Source: an uncultured Chloroflexia bacterium (GTDB lineage Bacteria; Chloroflexota; Limnocylindria; Limnocylindrales; CSP1-4). From it: a stretch of 64,000 bases of DNA. Positions 29,324 through 38,783 of the stretch are shown here, piece after piece. Location: contig OY970218.1 of the NCBI GenBank assembly GCA_963713975.1, forward strand, positions 1,152,001 to 1,216,000. The letters run 5' to 3'. A model generated the notes under the pieces. It worked only from the letters and a program-made list of their open reading frames with translations, was not told the origin of the DNA and made no database searches. Position numbers and translations under genes: made by a program. Position 1 is the stretch's first letter. The number at the start of each line of letters is the position of its first letter.

Positions 29324-30492
29324 CCCTCCTGCGCGAGCTGGGCCGCCGGAAGCTGCGGACCACGCTGACGGTGCTCGGCATCACCATCGGCATCTGGGCG
29401 CTGGTGGTGTTCAGCTCCATGGCCAACAAGATCAACTCGTTCGTGGCGAGCGGCAGCGACTACTACACCGGCAAGGTCCTCGTGAGCGACGGCTCGAGCG
29501 GCGGGATCGGCATCAGCCTCGTGCCCGTCGACCTGTCCGTCGCCGACCGGATCGGCGAGATGGCCGGCGTGGCCGCCGTCGACCCCCAGGTGCAGATCCC
29601 CTACGACGAGGCGGGCACCACGATGTTCAGCATGCCCCGCATGATCGTGGGCGCCGTGGCGGACGCGGACAAGGGCCTCGCGCGCCTCGATCTGCAGCCT
29701 GCCGTCGGGCGACGGCTGACCGCTGCCGACGAAGGATCCCGCGTCATCGTCCTGGGCAGCGACCTGGCAAGAGAGCTGGATGTCGCCGTCGGCGAGCAGA
29801 TGCTGCTCCGCGGCGGCACGTTCGAGGTCGTGGGCGTCCTGCAACCGACGCTCAGCACGCCGGACACGACGGCGATGGTGCCGCTGGCTGCAGGCCAGGA
29901 CCTCTTCCTCGCGACCCTCCCGCACACCCTGGGCTCGGCCCTCGACCCGACCAGAATGGCGTCGCAGATCGTCGTGTATGCCGAGGATGGCACCGACCCC
30001 GTCGAGCTTGGCGGCCATATCGAGGCCGCGGTCGATCAGGTCACCACGATGACCAGCGCCGACTTCGACCAGCAGGTGGGTACGACCACCCTGATCTTCA
30101 ACGCCATCATCGTCGGCGTCGCGGTCATCAGCCTGATTGTCGGCGGCCTCTCGGTGATCAACACGATGGCCATGAGCGTCACCGAGCGCACCCGGGAGAT
30201 CGGGATCAAGCGCGCGATCGGCGGCTCTCGCCACCGGATCATTCGCGAGCTGGTCGCCGAGGCGGCCCTCATCGGCTTGATCGGCGGGGTCATCGGCCTC
30301 GCGCTCGGCGCCGTCGGGGTCACGCTGGCAAACGAGGCCGGCCGAAGTTCCGGGATGAACCTGTTCGACCTGACCCTCGGCACGGCCGTGTTCGCCGTCG
30401 CCTTCAGCACGATCCTCGGCATGGTCGCCGGCGTCGTGCCCGCCTGGAACGCGGCCCGGCTCGACCCGGTCGCCGCGCTGCGATACGAGTGA
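29320..30492 (+). CDS. MacB/FtsX-like ABC permease
   Basis: RRKLRTTLTVLGITIG, periplasmic domain, NTMAMSVTERTREIGIKRAIG, LDPVAALRYE. Confidence 0.92.
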   Translation: MTLLRELGRRKLRTTLTVLGITIGIWALVVFSSMANKINSFVASGSDYYTGKVLVSDGSSGGIGISLVPVDLSVADRIGEMAGVAAVDPQVQIPYDEAGTTMFSMPRMIVGAVADADKGLARLDLQPAVGRRLTAADEGSRVIVLGSDLARELDVAVGEQMLLRGGTFEVVGVLQPTLSTPDTTAMVPLAAGQDLFLATLPHTLGSALDPTRMASQIVVYAEDGTDPVELGGHIEAAVDQVTTMTSADFDQQVGTTTLIFNAIIVGVAVISLIVGGLSVINTMAMSVTERTREIGIKRAIGGSRHRIIRELVAEAALIGLIGGVIGLALGAVGVTLANEAGRSSGMNLFDLTLGTAVFAVAFSTILGMVAGVVPAWNAARLDPVAALRYE

Positions 30493-30499
30493 GGACGAG

Positions 30500-31216
30500 A
30501 TGACCACACTGCTGGCAGGTCGCGACCTGCGCAAGACCTACCGCCTGAGTCGGGACAACAGCCTGCATGCCCTTCGCGGCGTGAACGTGGCCATCGATGC
30601 CGGCGAAATGGTGGCCATCATGGGAGCGTCGGGATCGGGCAAGAGCACGCTCATGCACATCCTGGGCCTGCTCCATGCCCCAGATGGTGATCCTGGTCCG
30701 ATGCCGCAGCTCCACTTCGACGGCACGGATGTCACGCGCCTGTCGGACGCCGAACGAACCCGCCTCCGCGCCAACCGGCTGGGCTTCGTCTTCCAGTCGT
30801 TCAACCTGGTGCCGACCCTGACCGCGATCGAGAACGTGATGCTGGCCGCGGACTATGCGGGCGAGGACCGGAGAACCGCGCGACGTGTCGCCACCGAGGC
30901 GCTGTCCTGGGTGGCACTAGAGGCCAGGGCCGGCCACCGTCCAATGGAGCTCTCGGGCGGGGAGCAGCAACGAGTAGCCCTCGCGCGGGCCCTGGTGAAC
31001 CAGCCTACGTTGCTGCTCGCCGACGAGCCGACCGGCGCCCTCGACTCGGCCCGATCGACCGAGGTCATGGCCCTCCTCCGACGCTTCAACCGGGAGCGCG
31101 GGCAGACGATGGTCATCGTCACCCACGACCCCGTCGTCGCTCGGGCCACAGACCGCGTCATCCACATGCAGGACGGCCTTGTCGTTGACGCGCCGCCCGT
31201 GGCGCTCGTCGCGTGA
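30500..31216 (+). CDS. LolD/MacB-like ABC ATPase
   Basis: GASGSGKST, GFVFQSFNL, LSGGEQQR, LADEPTG. Confidence 0.94.
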   Translation: MTTLLAGRDLRKTYRLSRDNSLHALRGVNVAIDAGEMVAIMGASGSGKSTLMHILGLLHAPDGDPGPMPQLHFDGTDVTRLSDAERTRLRANRLGFVFQSFNLVPTLTAIENVMLAADYAGEDRRTARRVATEALSWVALEARAGHRPMELSGGEQQRVALARALVNQPTLLLADEPTGALDSARSTEVMALLRRFNRERGQTMVIVTHDPVVARATDRVIHMQDGLVVDAPPVALVA

Positions 31217-32127
31217 CGGCGATGCGGGCCGTCGTGCTCCCGCGGCCGGGGTCGGCGGACGTCCTCGAGCTCCGGGAGTTGGAGGTGCCCACCCCGGGCG
31301 AGCACGAGGTCCTGGTCCGCGTTCGGGCCGCGACAGTCACGCGCGGCGACGTGGCCCTCAGGCGCGTGCCGCGACTCATGTGGCCCTTGCTCCGCATCGG
31401 GATGGGGCTCCGGCGCAAGCGGATCCTGGGCCACGAATACGCGGGCGAGGTCGAGGCGGTGGGCCGCGACGTAACCCGCTTCGCTCCCGGGGATGCCGTG
31501 TTCGGCACTACCACCGGGCTGGCGACCGGATCACACGCGGAGTACGTGTGCGTGCCGGACGATGGCGTGCTCGCCGCGAAGCCCACGAGCGTCGCCTTCG
31601 AGGAGGCGGCGGCGGTCCCGGTCGGCGCGATGACGGCTCTTCGGCTCCTTCGCGACGCTGGCGTCACGACAGGCTCGAAGGTCCTTGTCCACGGCGCCTC
31701 CGGCAGCGTGGGGACGTTCGCGGTGCAGTTGGCGCGGCACGAGGGCGCCGTGGTCACCGGCGTGTGCAGCACTGCCAACATGGAGTTGGTGGCGTCGCTG
31801 GGAGCCACCACGGTCATCGACTACAACACCATGGACTACGCGGCGGGCGATGTCCGGTATGACGTGGTTGTGGATGCCGCCGGCAAGGCCTCGCGCGACC
31901 GCGCCAGGGCGGTGCTGGCCGAGGGCGGTCGGTTCGTCTCGGTCCGATCCGCTGCCCGCGAACGCGCCGCCGACCTGGTGCACATCGCGGGCCTGCTGGA
32001 GCAGGGAGCTATCAGGCCCGTCATCGACCGCGCCTACCCGCTGGCGCGGATCGCGGAGGCCCACCGGTACGTCGAGGGTGGTCACAAGGTTGGGAACGTC
32101 GTCATCACGCTGGGGCCCTCGACATGA
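31213..32127 (+). CDS. MDR-family oxidoreductase, paralog 4
   Basis: LGHEYAGEVEAVG, HGASGSVG, VIDRAYPL, GHKVGNVVI. Confidence 0.92.
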   Translation: MTAMRAVVLPRPGSADVLELRELEVPTPGEHEVLVRVRAATVTRGDVALRRVPRLMWPLLRIGMGLRRKRILGHEYAGEVEAVGRDVTRFAPGDAVFGTTTGLATGSHAEYVCVPDDGVLAAKPTSVAFEEAAAVPVGAMTALRLLRDAGVTTGSKVLVHGASGSVGTFAVQLARHEGAVVTGVCSTANMELVASLGATTVIDYNTMDYAAGDVRYDVVVDAAGKASRDRARAVLAEGGRFVSVRSAARERAADLVHIAGLLEQGAIRPVIDRAYPLARIAEAHRYVEGGHKVGNVVITLGPST

Positions 32128-32680
32128 AGGCGTGGATGCGGGAGCAGTACGGCCCGTCGGACGAGCTCGAGCTCAGGGACGTGCCCAAGCCCGCCATCGG
32201 CGATGACGGGGTGCTGGTCCTCGTCCGCGCTTCGTCCCTGAACCAGGCGGATCTCGACTACCTCTACGGTCGGCCATTCCTCACCCGCCTGGGCACGGGG
32301 CTTCGCCGGCCCAGGAACCGTGCCTTCGGGCTGGACGTGGCGGGGCAAGTCGAGGCGGTCGGCAGCGGAGTGACCGCCTCCCGGCCGGGCGATGAGGTGT
32401 TCGGGGACCTCACGCAGTTCGGATACGGCGCCTTTGCCGAGTTCGCAGGTGCGCCGGAGCGAGCCTGGGCGCACAAGCCGGCGCCCGTGACGTTCGAGGA
32501 GGCCGCGACCGTCCCGCAGGCGGCCGTCCTCGCCCTGCAGGGGTTCCAGGGCTCATCGAGACCGGCAGGATCAAGCCGGTCATCGACAGAATATTCCCCC
32601 TGCACGAGGTCCCCCAGGCACTGCGGTATCTCGAGGAGAAGCGCGCCGTCGGGAAGATCGTCGTGACTGTGTCACCGTGA
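32124..32680 (+). pseudogene. MDR-family oxidoreductase paralog 5 with internal deletion of the Rossmann domain
   Basis: After QAAVLALQG the sequence jumps out of frame to LIETGRIKPVIDRIFPL...GKIVVTVSP-stop. Confidence 0.85.
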
Positions 32681-33450
32681 TATCCGGCGAAGCGGACGAG
32701 AACACCATGCAGGCGATGGCTGATGCCGGGGACAGCTCCATGGGCGGAACACCTCCAACCGTGGCGGACCATCCACCCGCCGCGCGCCGCTGGCTCGAGG
32801 CAGCGATCCCCTCGGCCCCGGTCCCGATCGACCATGATCCCGGCCCAACCCGACTCCGCGTCCGGGGCTCGATCTGTCGTTCCCCCGGCGGGAGCTGGAT
32901 GGACTGGGAAGGGCACCATTCGATCGAAGCCGACGGGCTCGGCTTTCGGTGGCAAGCCAGGCTGCGGTTGGCGCGGTGGGCATGGGTCGACGCCGAGGAC
33001 CGGCTCGATGTCGGGGGCGGATACGGTGGCGCGCGACTTTTTGGCGTCATTCCGGTTGGGTCTGCCCGAGGGCCCGAGGTGACGCGGTCGCAGGTCGTCC
33101 GCAATCTCGCGGAACTTGCGTTCGCTCCACTCGCCGCGTCGCGAGCACGAGGGATCGTCTGGGTCGCGGACGGCGACGACGCCTTCACACTCGCGGCTCC
33201 TGGGATCGACGCCGCCGCGATCGTCCGAGTCACCATCGATGAAGCTGGCGACGTTCGATCGGCCCGGTCGCCGGATCGGCCTCGAGAACACGGACGAGCC
33301 GGATACCTGCATGAGCCATACCGACTCGAATTTGGCCGCCACGAACGCCGATCGTCGGGCGAACGGATCCCGCTCCGCGCCTCGGGCACCTTCGAGACTG
33401 CCAACGGGGACTGGCCCTACTGGCGGTTCGAGGTGCTCGACGCGTTGTGA
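32677..33450 (+). CDS. DUF6544/DUF6920-like protein (start uncertain)
   Basis: GFRWQARL...ARLFGVIPV...GPEVTRSQVVRNLAELAFAP...YWRF family-like pattern. Confidence 0.6.
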   Translation: MISGEADENTMQAMADAGDSSMGGTPPTVADHPPAARRWLEAAIPSAPVPIDHDPGPTRLRVRGSICRSPGGSWMDWEGHHSIEADGLGFRWQARLRLARWAWVDAEDRLDVGGGYGGARLFGVIPVGSARGPEVTRSQVVRNLAELAFAPLAASRARGIVWVADGDDAFTLAAPGIDAAAIVRVTIDEAGDVRSARSPDRPREHGRAGYLHEPYRLEFGRHERRSSGERIPLRASGTFETANGDWPYWRFEVLDAL

Positions 33451-33522
33451 TCGGTCGCTCGCGTCCAGCTTGCTCGAAAGGCCGAGCCCGGACGGCACCC
33501 ACCCTCGATCGAGGCGATCGCG

Positions 33523-34179
33523 TCAACCCGGACCGCGAAGGTGCGCGAGGACCGCGAGCACGCGACGGTGGTCGTCGGCGGCGGGTTCCAGCTCGAGCTT
33601 CGAGAAGATGTTGGCAATATGGGCCTCAACCGTCTTCCGCGCCATCCCGAGGCGATCGCCGATCGCCTGGTTCGATCGACCCTCGGCCATCAGCGCCAGG
33701 ACGGCGCGCTCCCGCTCGGTGAGGTCATCCAGCGGGACGCGCGAGCGGCGACCGACCAGTACCGCGACAACCGCCGGGTCGATGACCGAACCTCCCTTGG
33801 CGATCCGCCTGATTGCGTCTGCGAGGTCGTCGATGTCTGACACGCGGTCCTTGAGCAGATATCCGACGCCTCCGGCGCCATCGCTCATCAGGCGAAGCGC
33901 AAACGATGGCTCCACGTGCTGCGAGAGCACCAGGATGCCGACAGCCGTTCCATGCTCCGCGCGGATCGCTTGCGCGGCCCGCAACCCCTCGTCGGTGTGG
34001 GTCGGGGGCATCCGGATATCGACGATCGCCACGTCCGGGAGCAGCTCTCGGGTGGCCTTTAGGAGCGCATCGGCGTCGCCGACCTGCGCGACCACCTCGA
34101 AACCGACATCACCGAGCAGGCGTGCGACCCCCTGGCGGACAAGCACCGTGTCGTCGGCAAGGACGAGCCGCAGCGTCAT
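33523..34179 (-). CDS. NarL/LuxR-family response regulator
   Basis: VLADD, VDIRMPP, YLLKD, LTERERAVLALMAEGRSN. Confidence 0.95.
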   Translation of the reverse strand: MTLRLVLADDTVLVRQGVARLLGDVGFEVVAQVGDADALLKATRELLPDVAIVDIRMPPTHTDEGLRAAQAIRAEHGTAVGILVLSQHVEPSFALRLMSDGAGGVGYLLKDRVSDIDDLADAIRRIAKGGSVIDPAVVAVLVGRRSRVPLDDLTERERAVLALMAEGRSNQAIGDRLGMARKTVEAHIANIFSKLELEPAADDHRRVLAVLAHLRGPG

Positions 34180-34532
34180 CCCCGCTCCACCAGCGCCTGG
34201 ATCCTGGCCCCGGAGACCTGCTCCTTGGGAATGAATCCCAGGCAGTCGCTGGTCCTCAGCCGGCGCCCATACGCACGCGCATCGCGGCTCGACGTCAGCA
34301 CGACGAGCGGAGGCGGTCCGTCGACCGCCAGCTCGCGCGCCACCGAGAACCCCTCGACATCGGGCAGTCCGATGTCGAGGAGGACGAAGTCCGGCCGGAG
34401 TGATCGGGCAGCGGCCAGTCCCGATGCCCCGTCAACGGCCTCGCCGACAACGACGAAGCCATCCGCCTCGAGGAGCTCACGCGCCTGCATGCGGAACCGC
34501 GCGTCGTCGTCGACGATCAGGATCGTGCTCAT
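34176..34532 (-). CDS. Single-domain response regulator
   Basis: ILIVDDD, LLDIGLP, LTS, FIPK. Confidence 0.9.
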   Translation of the reverse strand: MSTILIVDDDARFRMQARELLEADGFVVVGEAVDGASGLAAARSLRPDFVLLDIGLPDVEGFSVARELAVDGPPPLVVLTSSRDARAYGRRLRTSDCLGFIPKEQVSGARIQALVERG

Positions 34533-34574
34533 GGGGCCATCGTGCCATGTGGGCGAGCCGTCCTCCTACAGGGT

Positions 34575-36344
34575 TCACACGGGGCCCGGCATAGGTTGAT
34601 TGGTCGGGATCTGCGCCGAGATTCGTGTCCCGCCACCAACCGGGCTCACGACCGTGATCGTCCCGTCGAGCGCTGCGAGTCGGTCGGCGAGACCACGCAG
34701 GCCACTGCCGGAGCGAGGGTCGGCGCCGCCAATCCCGTTGTCGTCGACCTCGATGGTCAGGTGATCGTCGAGTCCCGTCACGCGCACCGTCGCCTTGCTG
34801 GCATTTGCGTACTTGGTCACGTTCGCGAGGGCCTCAGAGATGACGAAGTACGCGGCCCCCTCGACGGCCGGCGCGTAGCGCTCCGGGCCGACGTCGACGG
34901 CAACGTCGACCGAGGTTCGATCGGCGAGGGACTCCACGGCGGCGCCCAGCCCGCTCTCGGTGAGGATCAGGGGATGGATCCCGAGCGCCAGGTCGCGGAG
35001 CTCGGCGAGCGCTTCCAGGGCTTCTTGTGCCGCTCGATCCAAGCTGCGTCGGATGGCCGGATCGCCATCATCGCCAAGAGCGCGTCGCGCGACCTGCAAC
35101 TCGAGGCTGAGCGAGACGAGCCGTTGCTGGGCGCCGTCATGGAGGTCTCGCTCCACACGCCGGCGCTCGACGTCTCCGGCCTCGACGATCCGTGCGCGCG
35201 AGGCGCGGACCTCCTGGAGTCGTGCTTCGACCTCGGCAGTAAGCCGATCGTTCTCGACGGCCAGCCGCATGGCGCTCGCAACCGACGCGATCAGCCCCGG
35301 TTCCTCGAGGAGCGCCGCGTCGTGGATGATCGCGGCCTCGGTGACGCCGTCCCGCTCGAGCAGCGTCACTGCTTGGCCAGCGCCGTCTCCAGGTAGCTCG
35401 ACCATCCCGCCCCCCGCATCGACGAACGCATCCCGCGCTGGGTCCCACCACGCTACCTGGAGAGAGGGGTCACCGAGCGCGTTGGCGAGGGCATCCCGGA
35501 GCCGGGCCGGTGTCGGGGTCTGTCCCAGCTCGACGACGAGGTCCGCGACGCCGGCCCGGGCGAGCTGGGACCGGAGCATGACGCCGACGATGGCGATGGG
35601 AATCGCGATCTGCGCCGCGAGCACCAGGTTGTTCAGCTCCGGCACGGTGATGCCGAGGGGCTGGAGGATCCAGGATGCCGACGCGAGGAGGATGGCAGCG
35701 GCACCGACGAGGACCGGCGTCGTCTGGCGTCGGGCTGGTCCGCTCGACCGCAGCCAGCGGCGGCCAACGGACCCGACGAGCAGGACGGCGGCGAAGGCCA
35801 GCGAACTGCGCTGCACCGCGTCGATCACCTGGGCGGCGCGTTCATCCGGCGCGATGGCGAGGACGTTCAAGCCACCTTGGAGTTCGTAGAACAACAGCCA
35901 CAGGAACTCGAGCGGGACTGACACGAACAGGAAGATCGCGGCGATCGCACGGTCGACGCGTGAGGCGATGCGGCCACTCGGGAAGGACAGGAGGAAGATC
36001 GCGAAGGCGGCGGCAGAGAGGTCGGAGATCCAGAGGCCGGCGGTGAACAGGATCGGCTGCTGGATGAGCAGGAGGGACCGTCCGAGCAGCCATAGCCCCC
36101 CGAAGGCCACCATCAGGTAGCCGATACGGCTGCTGGGACGCCGTGCCCAGAGGAAGGTGCCGGAGGCGACGAACGACCAGCCGACCAGCACGGCGAGGAG
36201 CGCGCTGATCGTGAGCGGGCCGGGTTGTGTGCCGCCGACCAGCATCCATAGACCGAGCGTGACCGCGGTGATCAGCAGCAGGGCGCGCGCCCATGTGCGG
36301 CCTGACGACGGCAACGAAGAAGTCCTGCCCAATCGGGTCTCCAT
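34575..36344 (-). CDS. Membrane sensor histidine kinase (HisKA_3)
   Basis: Multiple TM segments; ERDLHDGAQQ H-box, EALANVTKYA, DDNGIGG, GSGL. Confidence 0.93.
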   Translation of the reverse strand: METRLGRTSSLPSSGRTWARALLLITAVTLGLWMLVGGTQPGPLTISALLAVLVGWSFVASGTFLWARRPSSRIGYLMVAFGGLWLLGRSLLLIQQPILFTAGLWISDLSAAAFAIFLLSFPSGRIASRVDRAIAAIFLFVSVPLEFLWLLFYELQGGLNVLAIAPDERAAQVIDAVQRSSLAFAAVLLVGSVGRRWLRSSGPARRQTTPVLVGAAAILLASASWILQPLGITVPELNNLVLAAQIAIPIAIVGVMLRSQLARAGVADLVVELGQTPTPARLRDALANALGDPSLQVAWWDPARDAFVDAGGGMVELPGDGAGQAVTLLERDGVTEAAIIHDAALLEEPGLIASVASAMRLAVENDRLTAEVEARLQEVRASRARIVEAGDVERRRVERDLHDGAQQRLVSLSLELQVARRALGDDGDPAIRRSLDRAAQEALEALAELRDLALGIHPLILTESGLGAAVESLADRTSVDVAVDVGPERYAPAVEGAAYFVISEALANVTKYANASKATVRVTGLDDHLTIEVDDNGIGGADPRSGSGLRGLADRLAALDGTITVVSPVGGGTRISAQIPTNQPMPGPV

Positions 36345-36549
36345 GCGCGTGCGGCATCGTCCCACAAGCGCGCGCCGGTGCAACCCCCGGAATCCGTGCA
36401 GGCCCTCTCTCCGTCCCCGTGCAAACACCCGCCGGAACGCTGGGTTGTCTCCGTTGGCCGGAGGTCCATGCGGCCCTACGGTCTCGGTGAGACACGAGCG
36501 GGCCATTTACCACAGCCCGATCGCTGCTCGCCTGTCCACGAGGGATGAG

Positions 36550-37878
36550 ATGACTGACAGATCGATGAAAGGCCCGGATCGCCCCACCGCCGGAGCGTTC
36601 GAGCAGCCAGCCGCAGGCACGCGGTCCCCGGTCCCCGGCATCATCGCGTCGCTCGCCGCCGGCGGAGTCCTTGCCGTTGCTCTCCTCCTCGGTCCCGTCG
36701 CTGGCGGGTCGGAACCCCTGGTCACCGGGTCGGTGCTGCTTGCTTTCGGGCTCGGCTGGGGCCTCATGGCCGTACTGACGACCCGCTTCAGCGCACAGCC
36801 GCAAACCTGGATGACTGTGCCCGCCATGTTTCTCGGCTCGATCGGGCTCGTCCTGATCGCGTTCCAGCCGGGTCCGGCGGCCATGGACCTCCTGAGCTGG
36901 ATCTGGCCGGTCGCCCTGGCCATCGTGGCGATCTGGATGGTTGTGCAGGTCCGCCGTCATCTCGGTGGTCGCGGCCGGTGGCTGGTGATCCCGATGATCG
37001 CGACGCTCCTCGTCTTCGCCGTCGGCGGCGCCATCGCGACCGTCAGCGCGGCCACCCGTTCGAGCGCCTCCGCACCATCCGGCCGGATGGTCGACGCGGG
37101 CGGTCGTAGCCTCTACCTCGAGTGCGCCGGTTCCGGGGGCCCGACCGTCATCCTCCAGGCGGGCCTCGGCGAGTCGTCCGCCTCCTGGGGACGCATCGCG
37201 CCGCAGGTGGCCGCGTCGACCACGGTCTGCGCCTACGATCGCGCGGGTCACGGACGCAGCGATGAGGCCGGGCCGCAGGACGGGATCGCCCTCGCCACTG
37301 ACCTGCACGGCTTGCTCGACAGCGCGGGCGTGACCGGACCGTTTGTCCTGGTCGGCCACTCCTCTGGCGGCGACTATGTGCGGGTCTTCGCCGCCCGCTA
37401 TCCCGACGAGGTCGCGGGCCTGGTCCTGCTCGACGCCCAGCCGGCGGATGCGTTCAGTGCACTGCCCGACTACCCCGCCTTCTATCAGAACTACCGACGC
37501 GTCGCGACGCTGTCGCCCTCGCTGGCTCGCATCGGACTCGTCGGGCCGATGCTCGGGCTACCCGCCGACCAGTCGACGCCGGCGGCGGCGCGCGGCGCGC
37601 GCGACGAGGTTCTCGCACTTCCTGCCGCCCTGCAGCAGGCGCAGGCGCTCACGAGTCTCGGCGACCGACCGCTCGTCGTGGTCACGGCCGGAACCGGCCA
37701 GCAGGCTGGCTGGCTCGAGGCGCAGAACAGGCTCCCGCACCTCTCGACGGACAGCGCCCACCGCGTCCTCGAGGCCGCCACGCACGCCTCGATCATCTCT
37801 GGCCCGGATGCCTCCACGTCCACGCAGGCGATCCTGGATGTCGTGGCGTCCATCCAGTCCGGGACGGCCCTCCGATGA
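36550..37878 (+). CDS. Membrane-anchored alpha/beta hydrolase
   Basis: N-terminal TM helices; YDRAGHGRS, GHSSGG nucleophile elbow, C-terminal His (ATH). Confidence 0.88.
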   Translation: MTDRSMKGPDRPTAGAFEQPAAGTRSPVPGIIASLAAGGVLAVALLLGPVAGGSEPLVTGSVLLAFGLGWGLMAVLTTRFSAQPQTWMTVPAMFLGSIGLVLIAFQPGPAAMDLLSWIWPVALAIVAIWMVVQVRRHLGGRGRWLVIPMIATLLVFAVGGAIATVSAATRSSASAPSGRMVDAGGRSLYLECAGSGGPTVILQAGLGESSASWGRIAPQVAASTTVCAYDRAGHGRSDEAGPQDGIALATDLHGLLDSAGVTGPFVLVGHSSGGDYVRVFAARYPDEVAGLVLLDAQPADAFSALPDYPAFYQNYRRVATLSPSLARIGLVGPMLGLPADQSTPAAARGARDEVLALPAALQQAQALTSLGDRPLVVVTAGTGQQAGWLEAQNRLPHLSTDSAHRVLEAATHASIISGPDASTSTQAILDVVASIQSGTALR

Positions 37879-38738
37879 GCGCCCGGTCCGATGCGCTCCT
37901 GAGTCGCATGGGTCGGCCGATCCCGGCGATCGCGATCGGCGGCCGCCTGACGCGCGCGGTCGTGGCCTCGCTCGTGGTTGGCGGCTACACGGCCCTCGGC
38001 GCCACGTTCAGGCTCAGCGCCGAGGGGTACCTGCTTCTGGGCATCCCGATCACCATAGCCTTCCAGGCACTGGTCGTCCGCCGCCCGCTCCGGGCGCTGT
38101 GGCTTCGCAATGCCGCACCTCTTGCGCTCACGCCACGATCGATTCTGGCGATCGTCGCCGTCGCGATCGCCCCGGCCGCGATCGCCGTCCGAGGCGCGCA
38201 GCAGGGTGACCCGGTCCTGACCGCCTACGGGGTCGCCGCGATGTTCGGCGCGGTCGGAGCTGTCTACGCCATCCGTGCGATGAGCCGCGACGCAGCACGC
38301 GCGAGCGCTCAGGCATCCCTGGTCAACGGCGCCATCCTCGCAGGCGTCATGGTCGCCTTCCGGCTCGCCACGGGTGGGTTCCACGGGAGTCTTGGCGAGG
38401 CGGTCGTCACGGCCGTCATCTCCGTCGCCACCTACCTGCCCGTCGTCTTCGTCATGGAGGAGGTCTTCTTCCGCGGGCTCCTCGATCCCTACCTGCACGG
38501 CTTCACGCCCGGACGCGATCGCGCCTCGGCCCTGTACGGATCGGCCCTCTGGGGGCTATGGCACCTGCCGGTGATGTCCCTCGACCTCGGGCCCCTCACG
38601 ATCCCGTACCTCGTGGCCATCCACACCGCGATGGGCTACGTCCTCGTTACCGCGTGGCGGCGGACGGGGAACCTCGCCGCTCCGGGCATCGCACACGCCG
38701 TGGCCGACGCCTTGAGAAACGCGGTGGCGGTCCTGTAG
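37875..38738 (+). CDS. CPBP (CAAX protease-like/Abi) intramembrane metalloprotease
   Basis: EEVFFRG, WGLWH, HAVAD motifs. Confidence 0.88.
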   Translation: MSARSDALLSRMGRPIPAIAIGGRLTRAVVASLVVGGYTALGATFRLSAEGYLLLGIPITIAFQALVVRRPLRALWLRNAAPLALTPRSILAIVAVAIAPAAIAVRGAQQGDPVLTAYGVAAMFGAVGAVYAIRAMSRDAARASAQASLVNGAILAGVMVAFRLATGGFHGSLGEAVVTAVISVATYLPVVFVMEEVFFRGLLDPYLHGFTPGRDRASALYGSALWGLWHLPVMSLDLGPLTIPYLVAIHTAMGYVLVTAWRRTGNLAAPGIAHAVADALRNAVAVL

Positions 38739-38783
38739 CTGACCACAACGGACCGGTGGTCCTGCCTCGCGGCTGCACCGAGA

